Numbered from the stretch's first letter, positions 11,564-23,742 are shown. The stretch: DNA of 64,000 nucleotides from a bacterium (GCA_037439545.1 JBBIVV010000001.1:126845-190844); one strand, 5' to 3'. The notes: generated by a model from the letters alone, not told the origin. Made by a program: numbers and translations.

Positions 11564-13144
11564 ATGTCAAAGGTGCTTATTGCAGATGGTATAGCAGATG
11601 AAGGTTTAAAAATACTTACCGCATCGAACATACAGGTTGATGTGAGGAAAAAAACTTCCGCAGAAGAACTTGCCTCGCTTATCCCTGATTATGAAGGATT
11701 GGTTGTAAGGAGCGCAAGCAAGGTTACGAAGGATGTAATGGCAAAGGCCGGGAAGTTAAAGATCATCGGGAGGGCAGGCATTGGCGTCGATAATGTTGAC
11801 GTATCTGCTGCCACCAAGAAAGGCATTGTGGTGATGAATACACCCGGCGGAAACAGTGTTACCACTGCTGAACACACTCTTTCGATGATAATGGCCATGG
11901 CAAGGCGTATTCCCCAGGCAACCGCATCATTAAAAGCGAATAAATGGGAAAAGAGCAAGTTTGAAGGGGTTGAACTCTACAATAAGGTTCTTGGAATCGT
12001 CGGTTTCGGTAATATAGGCAGTATACTTGCAGAAAGGGCTTTGGGATTAAAGATGCGGGTTATCGTTTATGACCCTTTTATTTCTGAAGAAAAAGCCATG
12101 AATATAGGTGTTAAAAAGGTAGGACTTGAAGAGCTCTATACAACAGCAGATATCATTACTGTCCATACACCGAAAACAAAAGAAACTGCAGGCATGATAA
12201 ACAAATCCGTATTTGAGAAGATGAAAAAGGGTGCCATGGTCGTCAACTGTGCACGAGGCGGTATAATCAACGAAGCCGATCTTCTTGAGGCACTCCAGTC
12301 AGGAAAGATTGCCTCGGCAGCACTCGATGTATTTGAGGTCGAACCGCCGGTTGATAATCCCCTGTTAAAGCTCGATAACGTCATTGCAACCCCGCATCTT
12401 GGTGCATCAACGCATGAGGCGCAGGTCAATGTATCGGTCGATATTGCAAAGCAGTTTGTAGATTACTTTACAAGGGGTGCTATAAAAAATGCCGTCAACT
12501 ATCCTTCTATCAGCGGTGAGATGTACCCGTTCCTCGAGCCCTATATAAGGCTTTCTGAAAAACTCGGCAAATTCATGGGGCAGCTCTATAAAGAGCCTGT
12601 TGAAGAGATAATCGTTGAATACGGCGGCGACATCACGGAATTGAATACCCAGCCTGTGACACTTGCGGGGTTAAAAGGCTTCCTGCAGTATGCTCATGGG
12701 GAAGAAGTGAACTACATTAATGCCAGCATCCTCGCAAAAGAAAAGGGCATTAATATCGTCGAGTCAAAGACCGGTCAACCTGTAGATTTTACGAATCAGA
12801 TTACCATGAAATTAAAAACGAAAGATTCCATCAAAAAGATATCGGGCGCTGTATTCGGCAAGAAACACATAAGAATCACCACAATAGAAAACTTCTATAT
12901 AGAGGTTATTCCCGAAGGGCATATACTTGTTTTGAGGAATATCGATAAGCCTGGTGTTATCGGCAGTCTTGGAACATATCTTGGCAAGCATGACATTAAT
13001 ATAGCGAGGATGGAGCTTGGAAGGGAGTCTATCGGCAGTGAGGCCATAGCGTTGTTGAATATAGACGATGAACCCTCGGATGATGTTATGAAAGGCCTTA
13101 GAGAACTGGGAAATATTATCTCTGCGGAAAAGGTTACGCTTTAG
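11564..13144 (+). CDS. serA: D-3-phosphoglycerate dehydrogenase (long form, ASB and ACT domains)
   Basis: GRAGIGVDNVD, GFGNIG, NCARGG, TPHLGAST, C-terminal DKPGVIG. Confidence 0.95.
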   Translation: MSKVLIADGIADEGLKILTASNIQVDVRKKTSAEELASLIPDYEGLVVRSASKVTKDVMAKAGKLKIIGRAGIGVDNVDVSAATKKGIVVMNTPGGNSVTTAEHTLSMIMAMARRIPQATASLKANKWEKSKFEGVELYNKVLGIVGFGNIGSILAERALGLKMRVIVYDPFISEEKAMNIGVKKVGLEELYTTADIITVHTPKTKETAGMINKSVFEKMKKGAMVVNCARGGIINEADLLEALQSGKIASAALDVFEVEPPVDNPLLKLDNVIATPHLGASTHEAQVNVSVDIAKQFVDYFTRGAIKNAVNYPSISGEMYPFLEPYIRLSEKLGKFMGQLYKEPVEEIIVEYGGDITELNTQPVTLAGLKGFLQYAHGEEVNYINASILAKEKGINIVESKTGQPVDFTNQITMKLKTKDSIKKISGAVFGKKHIRITTIENFYIEVIPEGHILVLRNIDKPGVIGSLGTYLGKHDINIARMELGRESIGSEAIALLNIDDEPSDDVMKGLRELGNIISAEKVTL

Positions 13145-14143
13145 ATGCCTTATAAGCACGTATTCAATAAGAAGGCATTTGATCGGCATGAACTTCCTTT
13201 TGGAGCAAAAGATTACATTCCTCCGGACTCGTATAAAATAAAAGAGATTGAAACTATTATACTGAACATATTCAGTAAGTGGAAATATCAGTATATTATC
13301 ACGCCATTGCTTGAATATCTCCCCGTTTATGGAGATGGCGATGCAGGTTTTGATGATAAAGAATTGGTCAAGGTCATAGAGCGGGAAACAGGTAAGACAA
13401 TGGTTTTGCGTGCTGATTTTACACCGCAGATAGCAAGGATTATAAGTTCAAAGATGAGGACAAACCATTCTGCCATAAGATTATCCTACAGCGGTCTTGT
13501 TGTGAAGCATGACAAAAACAAAGGAAAAAGCGAGATCTATCAGGCAGGTATTGAATTGGTCAATGTAAAAGGTATTAATGCCGATGCAGAGCTCATCACA
13601 ATAGCAGGTCAGGTATTAAAAAAGCTTGGAATCAACGATTTTGTAATATCAATAAGCCATGCAGGCTTTATCCGGATGCTTCTTGATCAGCTCAATTTTC
13701 AATCCCATGTCCCGGACATAATTGGTCTCTTGATGCAAAAGGATTACTCGGGAATCAATGATAGCGTAGGATTATCTAAAAAACAGAAAGAAGTCCTTAA
13801 ATTATTATTTGAGTTATACGGAAAACCGGATAAAGTTATATCTAAAGCGTGCAATCATTTTAAAAGTTTAAAATATAAGTTATTATTTAAACAGATAGAA
13901 GGTGTTCTTGGAATAATTAAAGACTTTGGTCTAAGTAACAAGGTTATGCTTGATTTAAGAGAAATGCATAGTATAGACTATCACACTGGCATTGTTTTTC
14001 AGGTGTTTACGTCTGGATATGGTGAGGAACTGATAAATGGCGGTAGGTATGACGGGTTCTTGAAGAGATATGGCACTGATCTACCTGCCACGGGGCTTGG
14101 TATAAATATTTCTGCACTATTGAAAATATTGAAGAAAGTATAG
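13145..14143 (+). CDS. hisZ: ATP phosphoribosyltransferase regulatory subunit
   Basis: HisRS-like LRADFTPQIAR, YQAGIEL, YHTGIVF, GGRYD; no anticodon domain; upstream of purA. Confidence 0.85.
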   Translation: MPYKHVFNKKAFDRHELPFGAKDYIPPDSYKIKEIETIILNIFSKWKYQYIITPLLEYLPVYGDGDAGFDDKELVKVIERETGKTMVLRADFTPQIARIISSKMRTNHSAIRLSYSGLVVKHDKNKGKSEIYQAGIELVNVKGINADAELITIAGQVLKKLGINDFVISISHAGFIRMLLDQLNFQSHVPDIIGLLMQKDYSGINDSVGLSKKQKEVLKLLFELYGKPDKVISKACNHFKSLKYKLLFKQIEGVLGIIKDFGLSNKVMLDLREMHSIDYHTGIVFQVFTSGYGEELINGGRYDGFLKRYGTDLPATGLGINISALLKILKKV

Positions 14144-14181
14144 ATGTTGGGTGAGGTTTCCTTGCCCGTAAGGAGAAATAA

Positions 14182-15471
<1,290 letters not shown>

Positions 15472-15518
15472 TATCCATATTTCCCGCTTCAACAGATACT
15501 ATTTTATATACTCAACAC

Positions 15519-16448
15519 TCATTTCTGAATGTATCTTATTGTTGGACCTGGAGAAAGAACGATTTTTGTATCTTCATACATATCACCATCGATAGTGTAT
15601 TTAAGCGGAACATCCGATTTAATCTCAACACGCCGTGCAAGCACATCTGCCAGAAATTTAAAATTCGGTTGATGACCCACATAGAGCTTGCGCAATCTTT
15701 TCATAACCTCAAAAGCTGTCGCTTTGCCCGCAAAAACATGGATCTTGTCGGGCAATTCCTCTGCCCTGTACATTGCCCTGAAATTGAGACCTATATTTCT
15801 TATTGCTGAAGAAACAATAACAGAGTAATCGTCGTAATTCAATTTTACGCCGTCAATAACTACCTCTGCTGTAACAGGGTCAAATAATCTTTCCACATAA
15901 CCCGTTTTAACAATAGCCGATGCTATAGCTTTATATATGATCTGGAGTGCTTTTACCGGCCCTGGATTCCCGCCTTCATAGTACATATCCATCAGATTTG
16001 AGACAAAGCCGGTACCAAACATAAAACCATATTTCCCGTTTATGTTTAATACCTTATTCTCTTTTGTTCTGAACGGTATGTTTCCTCTGTAATTTTCGAC
16101 AAGTTTTCCGGTTATTCCGGCAACGGATCCTTTGATTCCATTTAAAGCATTTGAAATGGTATTCATGGTTCCGCCTCTCAGGTGGGCTACAAGCGGCAGA
16201 TGTTCATCTTTGTAAACATCGATTATGCGTGTTAATACCTGATGGTTTGTTCCATCACCGCCGTTGACACCGACTATTTCGTATCTGTCTTTTCTTATTT
16301 CTTTTGCAACCTCTGTCAATTCTTCGTAAGAAAATGGTACAAAAACAGTGCCGTACTTGCCTATTATATCCTTTATTGAATCAAGGAGGTGCGGGTGTCT
16401 CATGTTTTTCTTGGATCGCGGATTATGGATGATACCAATGGCTTTCAT
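15519..16448 (-). CDS. Diacylglycerol/lipid kinase family protein (DgkB/YegS-like)
   Basis: HNPRS, GGDGT, GGTMN, IDGD motifs; start after GGAG. Confidence 0.8.
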   Translation of the reverse strand: MKAIGIIHNPRSKKNMRHPHLLDSIKDIIGKYGTVFVPFSYEELTEVAKEIRKDRYEIVGVNGGDGTNHQVLTRIIDVYKDEHLPLVAHLRGGTMNTISNALNGIKGSVAGITGKLVENYRGNIPFRTKENKVLNINGKYGFMFGTGFVSNLMDMYYEGGNPGPVKALQIIYKAIASAIVKTGYVERLFDPVTAEVVIDGVKLNYDDYSVIVSSAIRNIGLNFRAMYRAEELPDKIHVFAGKATAFEVMKRLRKLYVGHQPNFKFLADVLARRVEIKSDVPLKYTIDGDMYEDTKIVLSPGPTIRYIQK

Positions 16449-16506
16449 GCTTCTCCCCCCATACATTTTATTTGCATCGTCATCATTTAATTGATACACA
16501 CATTAC

Positions 16507-17199
16507 ATGAAAATTGGCAAGTTTTTAAAAGAAAGACTCGATAAAAAAACTATAATAAAGGTACTGGCTCTCATAACAATATTTACCACAGCTACCATAG
16601 TGGTCTACATCACTCCATTGAAAAGGTATACGAACCCCAATGAGTTGAAGTCTTTCTTCCTGTCATGGGGCTACTGGGCACCATTGATATTTATTGCGGC
16701 TTTTTCGGTAAAATCCGTTATCCCTTTTCCTTCTTCCGTTTTTGCGCTTGCAGGAGGACTTGTCTTCGGACCGTTCTACGGAGCGGTTTATTCAATCATA
16801 GGTTCTATCGCCAGTGCCGGTATAGCGTATCAGATTTCGAGAAGACTCGGACGGGACTTTGTCAATAAGGTTCTCGGGGCAAAGGCAAAAACACTGGACA
16901 GGCTGACCAATGTGCATGGGCTTGAGGTGGTATTGTTCTTCAGGATAGTGCCGTCGCTGCCGTTCGATGTATTCAATCTCGGAGCAGGGCTATCGGATAT
17001 AACATTCAGGGACTTCATTATAGGTACGGCAATAGGCATGACACCATGGTCTTTTGCATTGAGCTATCTCGGCGATCGCATGGCAAACCTGAAACTAAAT
17101 TTTATTTCATTGCTTTCATTTTTTCTGATTATAGCCATCTTCGCCCTGCCCGTAATTATAAAAAAGTTTGGGAATGATAAGAAGAAGCGGAAATCATAA
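16507..17199 (+). CDS. TVP38/TMEM64 (VTT/DedA family) membrane protein
   Basis: PFPSSVFALAGGLVFG, FRIVPSLPFD, GTAIGMTP. Confidence 0.85.
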   Translation: MKIGKFLKERLDKKTIIKVLALITIFTTATIVVYITPLKRYTNPNELKSFFLSWGYWAPLIFIAAFSVKSVIPFPSSVFALAGGLVFGPFYGAVYSIIGSIASAGIAYQISRRLGRDFVNKVLGAKAKTLDRLTNVHGLEVVLFFRIVPSLPFDVFNLGAGLSDITFRDFIIGTAIGMTPWSFALSYLGDRMANLKLNFISLLSFFLIIAIFALPVIIKKFGNDKKKRKS

Positions 17200-17275
17200 A
17201 TATGAGCATTGCTCTTGACACGATGGTGTCGAGATGCTAACCATGTTCAAGTAGAAAATTGGAGGAAGAATATAA

Positions 17276-17584
17276 ATGGCACAAACAAGTAAAGCGAGAA
17301 AGCCGCCTAAAAAGTCTAAATCGGTTTTAAAGAGACAAAGGCAGAATATTAAAAAGAGAATGCACAATACCTCTGCATTGGCTGCTCTGCATACGGAAAT
17401 CACAAAATTCAACGCTATTCTGCAGGGCAAGGAAGTGGAAAAAGCCAAAGCATTTCTCAGGGAATTGATTTCACTGGTTGCGCACCTGTCTTCACGGGGC
17501 ATATTAAAGAAGCAGACAGCAAGCAGGAAGATCTCGCGCCTGAATCAGCGGTTTAATAAAATTTTTGCTGCAAAAGCTCTATAG
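17276..17584 (+). CDS. rpsT: 30S ribosomal protein S20
   Basis: KSVLKRQRQN...RGILKKQTASRKISRL; converges on holA. Confidence 0.88.
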   Translation: MAQTSKARKPPKKSKSVLKRQRQNIKKRMHNTSALAALHTEITKFNAILQGKEVEKAKAFLRELISLVAHLSSRGILKKQTASRKISRLNQRFNKIFAAKAL

Positions 17585-18413
17585 TCAGTTTATCAAGGGC
17601 TGTGGTATTATTTATCAAGCCCTTTCTTATTTCAAGATTGTACTTATAGAGAAGATTTATGCTTTTGATGAGCGCACCGTTGTTTGGAGAGCCGGCAAGT
17701 AATTGCCTGAATTTCCAAGCGAGCGCTCCGATTACCATAATGCTTTCTACACCTGTTTCTTTTATACTCTTTAAGTCCTTCAATGCAGCTTTCTGTTTAT
17801 GAGCTAATATGTTGTTTACAAATCTGAACGTATCCGAATTGTTGATGTTGAAGGTAAGCTCACTTACCGCAGCTTCGTCTATCTTGCCGTCTTTACCGGC
17901 GTATGTCGACAGCTTATTGAGCTCATTCTCAACTATTCCCCATGTTGCCACTTCGAATACATTTACGAGCATGTCCACCGCAGGCTGCGTTATCTTCACG
18001 TCGTGCTCTTTTATGTAATTCTGAATCAACGATTGTGTCGTCTGGTTTAAGGCAATATGTTTTTTAATCGATGGAGAGGATTGGATTGTTCCGAACTGTT
18101 CATCTTTTAAAGCGTCTGCATGGGCAGAAGTCATTATGAAAAGGATTTGATCAGGCGGAGAAGAAGTGAGAAATGTATTTATATGTTCGATTACCTCCGT
18201 CTTTAATAAGTCGATATTGTTGATGATAATGGCCCTGTTTTTTGAAATAAGTGAATCCGTATACAGTGCATTGTCAATCTGCTGAAGTCCAGCGAGTTTA
18301 CCTTCGAAGGTCTCGACTGCCTCGGACTTGTCCACATACTGAGATAACAATTTTCTGGTAATAGCCGAAATATAAGAGGTGTCTTTGCTCACAATTAAAT
18401 GGATATTGCCCAT
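17553..18413 (-). CDS. holA: DNA polymerase III delta subunit (divergent)
   Basis: ENELNKLSTY motif; lptE-holA-rpsT synteny. Confidence 0.8.
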   Translation of the reverse strand: MGNIHLIVSKDTSYISAITRKLLSQYVDKSEAVETFEGKLAGLQQIDNALYTDSLISKNRAIIINNIDLLKTEVIEHINTFLTSSPPDQILFIMTSAHADALKDEQFGTIQSSPSIKKHIALNQTTQSLIQNYIKEHDVKITQPAVDMLVNVFEVATWGIVENELNKLSTYAGKDGKIDEAAVSELTFNINNSDTFRFVNNILAHKQKAALKDLKSIKETGVESIMVIGALAWKFRQLLAGSPNNGALIKSINLLYKYNLEIRKGLINNTTALDKLTIELLQQKFY

Positions 18414-18421
18414 AGTTGTCT

Positions 18422-18946
18422 CTAAAAATTGCTGTGCATGGCATCAAATGCCCTCTGTGTCATCGATATTGCAAGCACATTGATAGTATCCTTTTCGCTT
18501 TCTTTCGTGAGCAGCGGATCATTTACGGGATAAAAATCAAGGGTTTCGGTAAACCCGTTCATTTCCCACAATGTTTTATTCGTTATGGTCTGTATCAGCT
18601 TTATATTGATAGTTATGGTCAATTGATAGACGGTGGCTGTACCGTTGTTTGAAAAAAACACAGGCAAAGAACTATAAGAAACTATCGTTCCTTCGATAAT
18701 GCCATCCGCACCTTTCTTCGAAGCGAGATGTGCATCTGATGAATCCGCTATGGTTTTTCTCATTGCCGAGGTGAATAGGTCCTCTATAGCTACTTCATCT
18801 GTCAAATTGGTAAAAACAGGCACATAAAGGTTTGTTACTTTTAAAGGGACAGCCCCAGTACCCCTGCCGAAGTGGTAGCCGCAGCCGCAGATCAGGAACA
18901 CGCTTATTACAAAAGAAGTATAAAACGCCTTTTTTAATATGTCCAA
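18422..18946 (-). CDS. lptE: LPS assembly lipoprotein LptE family
   Basis: Lipobox-like ICGCGYHF, LYVPVFTN; upstream of holA. Confidence 0.78.
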   Translation of the reverse strand: MDILKKAFYTSFVISVFLICGCGYHFGRGTGAVPLKVTNLYVPVFTNLTDEVAIEDLFTSAMRKTIADSSDAHLASKKGADGIIEGTIVSYSSLPVFFSNNGTATVYQLTITINIKLIQTITNKTLWEMNGFTETLDFYPVNDPLLTKESEKDTINVLAISMTQRAFDAMHSNF

Positions 18947-19015
18947 ATGCTTTTTTCAGGTACTGGAGACTCTAATTGAAGATACGCCCCGACGAGTCGG
19001 GGCCGTACTTCATTA

Positions 19016-19432
19016 TTACATACTTGTTATATTTACTTTCTTTGTTTTTGATTTGGATTTTGCCTTTGATGAAGTGCTTTTTTTTGAAGGTGCCTTTTTT
19101 GAAGTTGTTTCTTTATAAAGCTTTTCCGCCTGTTTCTTATATCCTTCTATCTTGTTCTTAATCTCAGAAACAGTTTTCTCTGCTTTTTGTTTGTACAGGT
19201 CTAACGCCTTGTCCTGAAGATCCGTGAATATTTTTTCATACTTTTTCTGTTCAGCTTCTACCCTTGCAACAACTTTTTTGATCTGCGGATTATTCACTGC
19301 CAGCTTCGCAATATCGTTTGTAGTTTTTACTATCAGGCTCTGAACCTGTGTCTGTGTTTTTTTTACAAGTTCCTGTGCCTCATCCTTAAACTGTTTTACA
19401 ACGTCCAATAACTTTGTTTGTTTTGTTGACAT
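19016..19432 (-). CDS. Helical coiled-coil protein with Lys/Ser-rich tail, possibly phasin/PhaF-like
   Basis: AAGGAGG RBS; amphipathic K/E/Q-rich helices; KKAPSKKSTSSKAKSKSK tail. Confidence 0.5.
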   Translation of the reverse strand: MSTKQTKLLDVVKQFKDEAQELVKKTQTQVQSLIVKTTNDIAKLAVNNPQIKKVVARVEAEQKKYEKIFTDLQDKALDLYKQKAEKTVSEIKNKIEGYKKQAEKLYKETTSKKAPSKKSTSSKAKSKSKTKKVNITSM

Positions 19433-19582
19433 ACAAAACCTCCTTTATTTTTTTATTTTAATATAGTATAACAATATAAAAGTCAAAAGAAACAACTGTA
19501 TACACCGTGAGAAACACTTAAGTTCTCTTACAGAATAAACCTGTTTGACATAAATAGTAAGCATTTTATATCATGAAAGCAA

Positions 19583-19677
<95 letters not shown>

Positions 19678-19784
19678 CTACGCCGGCATAATGATATGGT
19701 ACATTCTCCGGCAGGCCAGTGTCGAGAAGATATATAATTTTGATAACATCCTTTTTTGTATTATACTATGACAGAGAGGATAGG

Positions 19785-20366
19785 ATGAAGCTGATAGTAT
19801 CTCAATCTGATGCGCTTATCGTCGTTGACGTACAGAGGGATTTCTGCCCGGGCGGTTCCCTTGCTGTTCCGGACGGAGATAAGGTTGTTCCGGTCTTGAA
19901 CCGTTATATCGATATATTCGCTTCGAACTCCCTGCCGGTATTTGCGACAAGGGACTGGCATCCTGTAAATCACATCTCATTCAAGGCATACGGAGGTATC
20001 TGGCCGCCGCACTGTGTGCAGGAAACACAGGGGGCTCGGTTTCACCATGAACTCAAGCTTCCGGATTCAGTAACTATACTATCAAAGGCAACAGCGCCTA
20101 AAAAAGAGGCTTATTCGGGATTTCAAGGTACAGGACTGAGATCCATGCTTAAGAAGTTAAAGATCAAAAGGGTATTCATTGGCGGTCTTGCAACTGACTA
20201 TTGCGTAAAAAACACGGTACTTGATGCGAGTAAAGCAGGCTTTCATGCCTTCTTGCTTATGGATGCATCAAGAGGTGTTGAAGTCAATCGTGGTGACAGT
20301 GAAAAAGCTATCAGCCGGATGCTTGCGGCAGGTGCCGTGGGAATAACTTTTGATGATATAGTATAG
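19785..20366 (+). CDS. pncA: Nicotinamidase/pyrazinamidase
   Basis: VDVQRDFCPGGSL, TRDWHP, WPPHCVQ, GLATDYCV. Confidence 0.92.
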   Translation: MKLIVSQSDALIVVDVQRDFCPGGSLAVPDGDKVVPVLNRYIDIFASNSLPVFATRDWHPVNHISFKAYGGIWPPHCVQETQGARFHHELKLPDSVTILSKATAPKKEAYSGFQGTGLRSMLKKLKIKRVFIGGLATDYCVKNTVLDASKAGFHAFLLMDASRGVEVNRGDSEKAISRMLAAGAVGITFDDIV

Positions 20367-20449
20367 TTTTAACACGCTGTTTCTCTCGTTACCATCGTCT
20401 TCCGGTTACCTGTTGCTCCTGAGTAGTTTATCTGCCTATAATAATATCT

Positions 20450-22123
20450 ATGAGACCCTCTCACAATGAATCAGGTGCCATAAAAAAGGAATGGGGAGGA
20501 AAACTGCCCGTAGTGCTTGTCTATCCCGACACCTACAGGGCAGGGATGAGCAATCTTGCTGTTCATACTCTTTATAGTATTTTAAACAGCATGGATAATG
20601 TCGTGTGCGAGAGGTGCTTCTGGCGTAAAGGGCAGACAGAGCCGGTCTCTATTGAAAGTTCAAGACGTGTGAGCGATTTTTCGGTCATTGCATTCTCAGT
20701 TTCTTTTGAGACCGATTATATAAATGTGGTTGATTTTATCAGGCACTCCGGTGTTGAGCTTTATGCCTCCAGACGTACACACGGGCAGATAGTTATAGCC
20801 GGCGGCATTGCAATAACATTGAACCCTGAGCCTATCGCAGATTTTATGGACGCGTGCGTTATCGGTGATGCAGAGGGACTTCTGCAAAAGATCATCCATG
20901 TCATACAGAGCGGTATCGACGAAAACAGGATCAGAGAAGATATCCTTAAGTCTCTCGATGAACACGAGGGAGTTTATGTGCCTTCATTCTATCAGGTCAG
21001 GTATGGATCGGACGGCAAGATTGCGGAGATAAGCCATAAATTCAAGAAAGGGAAGAAGGTCAAGCGGCACACTGCAAGCTTATCAAACCGCATTTCATCG
21101 ACCGTAATCTATACGGATGATACGACTTTCTCAGGTATGCACCTTCAGGAGGTTTCAAAAGGATGCAGTTACAGATGCAGATTCTGTATATCAGGGTATG
21201 CTTATCTGCCTCCGAGGCACAGACATCTCGGTGATTTGAAAAAAGATCTGGACACTCTGCCGTCCGGGGTAAAAAAGATAGGAATTGTCAGTCCCATGGT
21301 GACCGATTATCCATACCTCGATGAACTGCTGGATTATATCCACTCGCTCGGTCTCAAGGCATCGATGTCATCCATGCGGGCCGACAGCCTTGCCCGGAAA
21401 TCCGGACTATTGTCCGACATGAGCGGCATAGATATGCCGACAGACCAGTTTTCCACTGCACTGGCACCGGAGGCAGGCACCTATAGGCTTCGCAGGGTCC
21501 TCAACAAGCAATTAACGGATGAGCAGATTCTGCAGGCAGCTCAATTTCTTAACGAGCACAATATCCATACACTTAAATTATACTTTTTAATAGGTATACT
21601 CGGCGAAACCGATGAGGATATATCTGCTATCGCAGAATTGGCGATACAGGTCAAAAAGCAGTTGAGAGCAGGGAAGGGTAAGGTCAGCGTAAGTATCAAT
21701 CCTCTCATACCGAAGCCGTTTACACCATTCCAATGGCTCGGAGCGATAAAACCGGAAGGTCTCAGGCAAAGACTGAACAGCATAAAAAAGAGATTAAAAG
21801 GTACCGGTATAACTATTGAGTGGGAAAAGCACTACCTTCTTCAGGCCATACTTGCCAGGGGTGACAGGCGCCTGTCGGATTTTCTCATATATTTATCAAG
21901 GACAGACAAAGCCATGAGCAGTGCTCTGCAGGACAGCGGTATCGATGTTGAGTACTATGCATTCAGAGAACGCAGTGACAGTGAAGTATTGCCATGGGAT
22001 TTCATGGATTACGGATTCTCAAAAGGGTTTTTAATGAAAGAGTATAGGCTTGCATTACGGGGTATCATTACCCCGCAGTGCAGAACCGACTCATGCAGGA
22101 TATGCGGTATATGCGGTGAGTGA
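20450..22123 (+). CDS. Radical SAM protein of unknown function (TIGR03960-like)
   Basis: YRAGMSNL N-terminus, GCSYRCRFC, APEAG, IPKPFTPFQW, C-terminal CxxxxCxxCxxC. Confidence 0.8.
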   Translation: MRPSHNESGAIKKEWGGKLPVVLVYPDTYRAGMSNLAVHTLYSILNSMDNVVCERCFWRKGQTEPVSIESSRRVSDFSVIAFSVSFETDYINVVDFIRHSGVELYASRRTHGQIVIAGGIAITLNPEPIADFMDACVIGDAEGLLQKIIHVIQSGIDENRIREDILKSLDEHEGVYVPSFYQVRYGSDGKIAEISHKFKKGKKVKRHTASLSNRISSTVIYTDDTTFSGMHLQEVSKGCSYRCRFCISGYAYLPPRHRHLGDLKKDLDTLPSGVKKIGIVSPMVTDYPYLDELLDYIHSLGLKASMSSMRADSLARKSGLLSDMSGIDMPTDQFSTALAPEAGTYRLRRVLNKQLTDEQILQAAQFLNEHNIHTLKLYFLIGILGETDEDISAIAELAIQVKKQLRAGKGKVSVSINPLIPKPFTPFQWLGAIKPEGLRQRLNSIKKRLKGTGITIEWEKHYLLQAILARGDRRLSDFLIYLSRTDKAMSSALQDSGIDVEYYAFRERSDSEVLPWDFMDYGFSKGFLMKEYRLALRGIITPQCRTDSCRICGICGE

Positions 22124-22179
22124 TGGCCGACCCGAAACCGTTGACTTTTATGACCGTTCGATATTAAAATAATAGTTAT

Positions 22180-23742
22180 ATGAAGGTTGCAACATCTGAT
22201 ATCATGAGGTCTCTTGATAAAAAAACCGCTGAATCTTTCGGAGTGGCAAGTATTGTACTTATGGAAAATGCCGGCAGGTCTGTTGCCCATACAGTTGCAA
22301 AAGATTTCAATACACAGGCAAAAAAAGGAATTGTCGTCTTTTGCGGCAAGGGCAATAATGGCGGTGACGGGTTTGTTGCTTCAAGGCATCTTATAAACAA
22401 AGGCTATCACGTCGACGTGGTCTTATTAGGTAAAAAGGAGCAGCTTCCAGAAGATGCCCGAATCAATTATACGGCACTGAGCAGGATTACGGACATTATC
22501 CACGAACTCAATGATGCGGATGAATTCTCAAAAACAGATATTGACCTTCATGAAAAGGGCATTATTATTGATGCCTTGCTTGGAACAGGAATAAAAGGCA
22601 GCATAAAAGAACCTTATTCAGGCGTTATAAACTTCATAAATGAATCCGGCTTGCCCGTTATAGCGGTAGATATACCATCCGGTGTTGATGCAGATTCAGG
22701 GGGGATTACAGGCATTGCGGTAAGAGCGACACAAACTATTACATTCGGTTTGACCAAGATAGGGCTTGTTGTTTATCCAGGAACTGAGTATGCAGGTAAA
22801 ATAGAAGTAGCTGATATTTCAATTCCGGATAAACTTATAAATGAAACCAATATTCCGTATAATCTCTCTACACATAACATTATAAATAATATATTGAAGC
22901 CTCGTAACTACTTTACAAATAAAGGCGATTATGGGCATACACTTGTCATAGGTGGTTCTAAAGGCAAGAGCGGAGCTGCTATGCTTACTGCAAAAGGTGC
23001 GTTGCGAGTTGGCAGCGGGCTTGTAACAATAAGCGGGCCAAAAGGGCTCATGCCTGTGTTTGAATCGGCAGTTTTAGAGGCATTAAAAGAGCCTTTGGCA
23101 GAAACCCCTGAAGGTCATATTGATAAAACGGCAATCGCACAGGTAGAGAATCTTTTACAGACAAGGGATGTTGTTGCGGTTGGGCCCGGTATAGGAACAG
23201 GAAAGCAAACCAATGATTTTATTTTCGAACTGCTGAAACGCTGCATATTACCCATGGTCATAGATGCAGATGCAATAAATATAATATCCGCCAGACCGGG
23301 CGTACTGCTTGAATGCCATAACGAAAATATCGTTCTTACGCCTCACCCGGGCGAGTTCGGCAGACTCATAAATTTGAACCCGAAAGATGTCAACAATAAC
23401 AGAATAAATCTTGCGCGGGATTTTGCAAAACAGTATCACTGCACACTCGTCCTGAAAGGAGCAAGAACTATTATAGCAGGCAAAGACGGTGAAATCTGGA
23501 TAAATCCGACTGGCAACCCTGGCATGGCTACCGGAGGCATGGGGGATGTGCTTACCGGTATTATAGCAGGGCTTATTGCAACAGGCATCAGCCCGCTACA
23601 TGCTGCAATCGCGGGTGTATATATGCATGGCATGGCAGGTGATATTGTTTATGCATATCACACGAATGCTCCGGTTCTGGCTTCCGATCTGCTTGACCGC
23701 GTACCTTATGTGATCTCAAGCCTTATGGAAACGGGAAAGTAA
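22180..23742 (+). CDS. nnr: Bifunctional NAD(P)H-hydrate epimerase/dehydratase
   Basis: LMENAG, GKGNNGGDG, DIPSG, TPHPGE, ATGGMGDVL. Confidence 0.94.
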   Translation: MKVATSDIMRSLDKKTAESFGVASIVLMENAGRSVAHTVAKDFNTQAKKGIVVFCGKGNNGGDGFVASRHLINKGYHVDVVLLGKKEQLPEDARINYTALSRITDIIHELNDADEFSKTDIDLHEKGIIIDALLGTGIKGSIKEPYSGVINFINESGLPVIAVDIPSGVDADSGGITGIAVRATQTITFGLTKIGLVVYPGTEYAGKIEVADISIPDKLINETNIPYNLSTHNIINNILKPRNYFTNKGDYGHTLVIGGSKGKSGAAMLTAKGALRVGSGLVTISGPKGLMPVFESAVLEALKEPLAETPEGHIDKTAIAQVENLLQTRDVVAVGPGIGTGKQTNDFIFELLKRCILPMVIDADAINIISARPGVLLECHNENIVLTPHPGEFGRLINLNPKDVNNNRINLARDFAKQYHCTLVLKGARTIIAGKDGEIWINPTGNPGMATGGMGDVLTGIIAGLIATGISPLHAAIAGVYMHGMAGDIVYAYHTNAPVLASDLLDRVPYVISSLMETGK

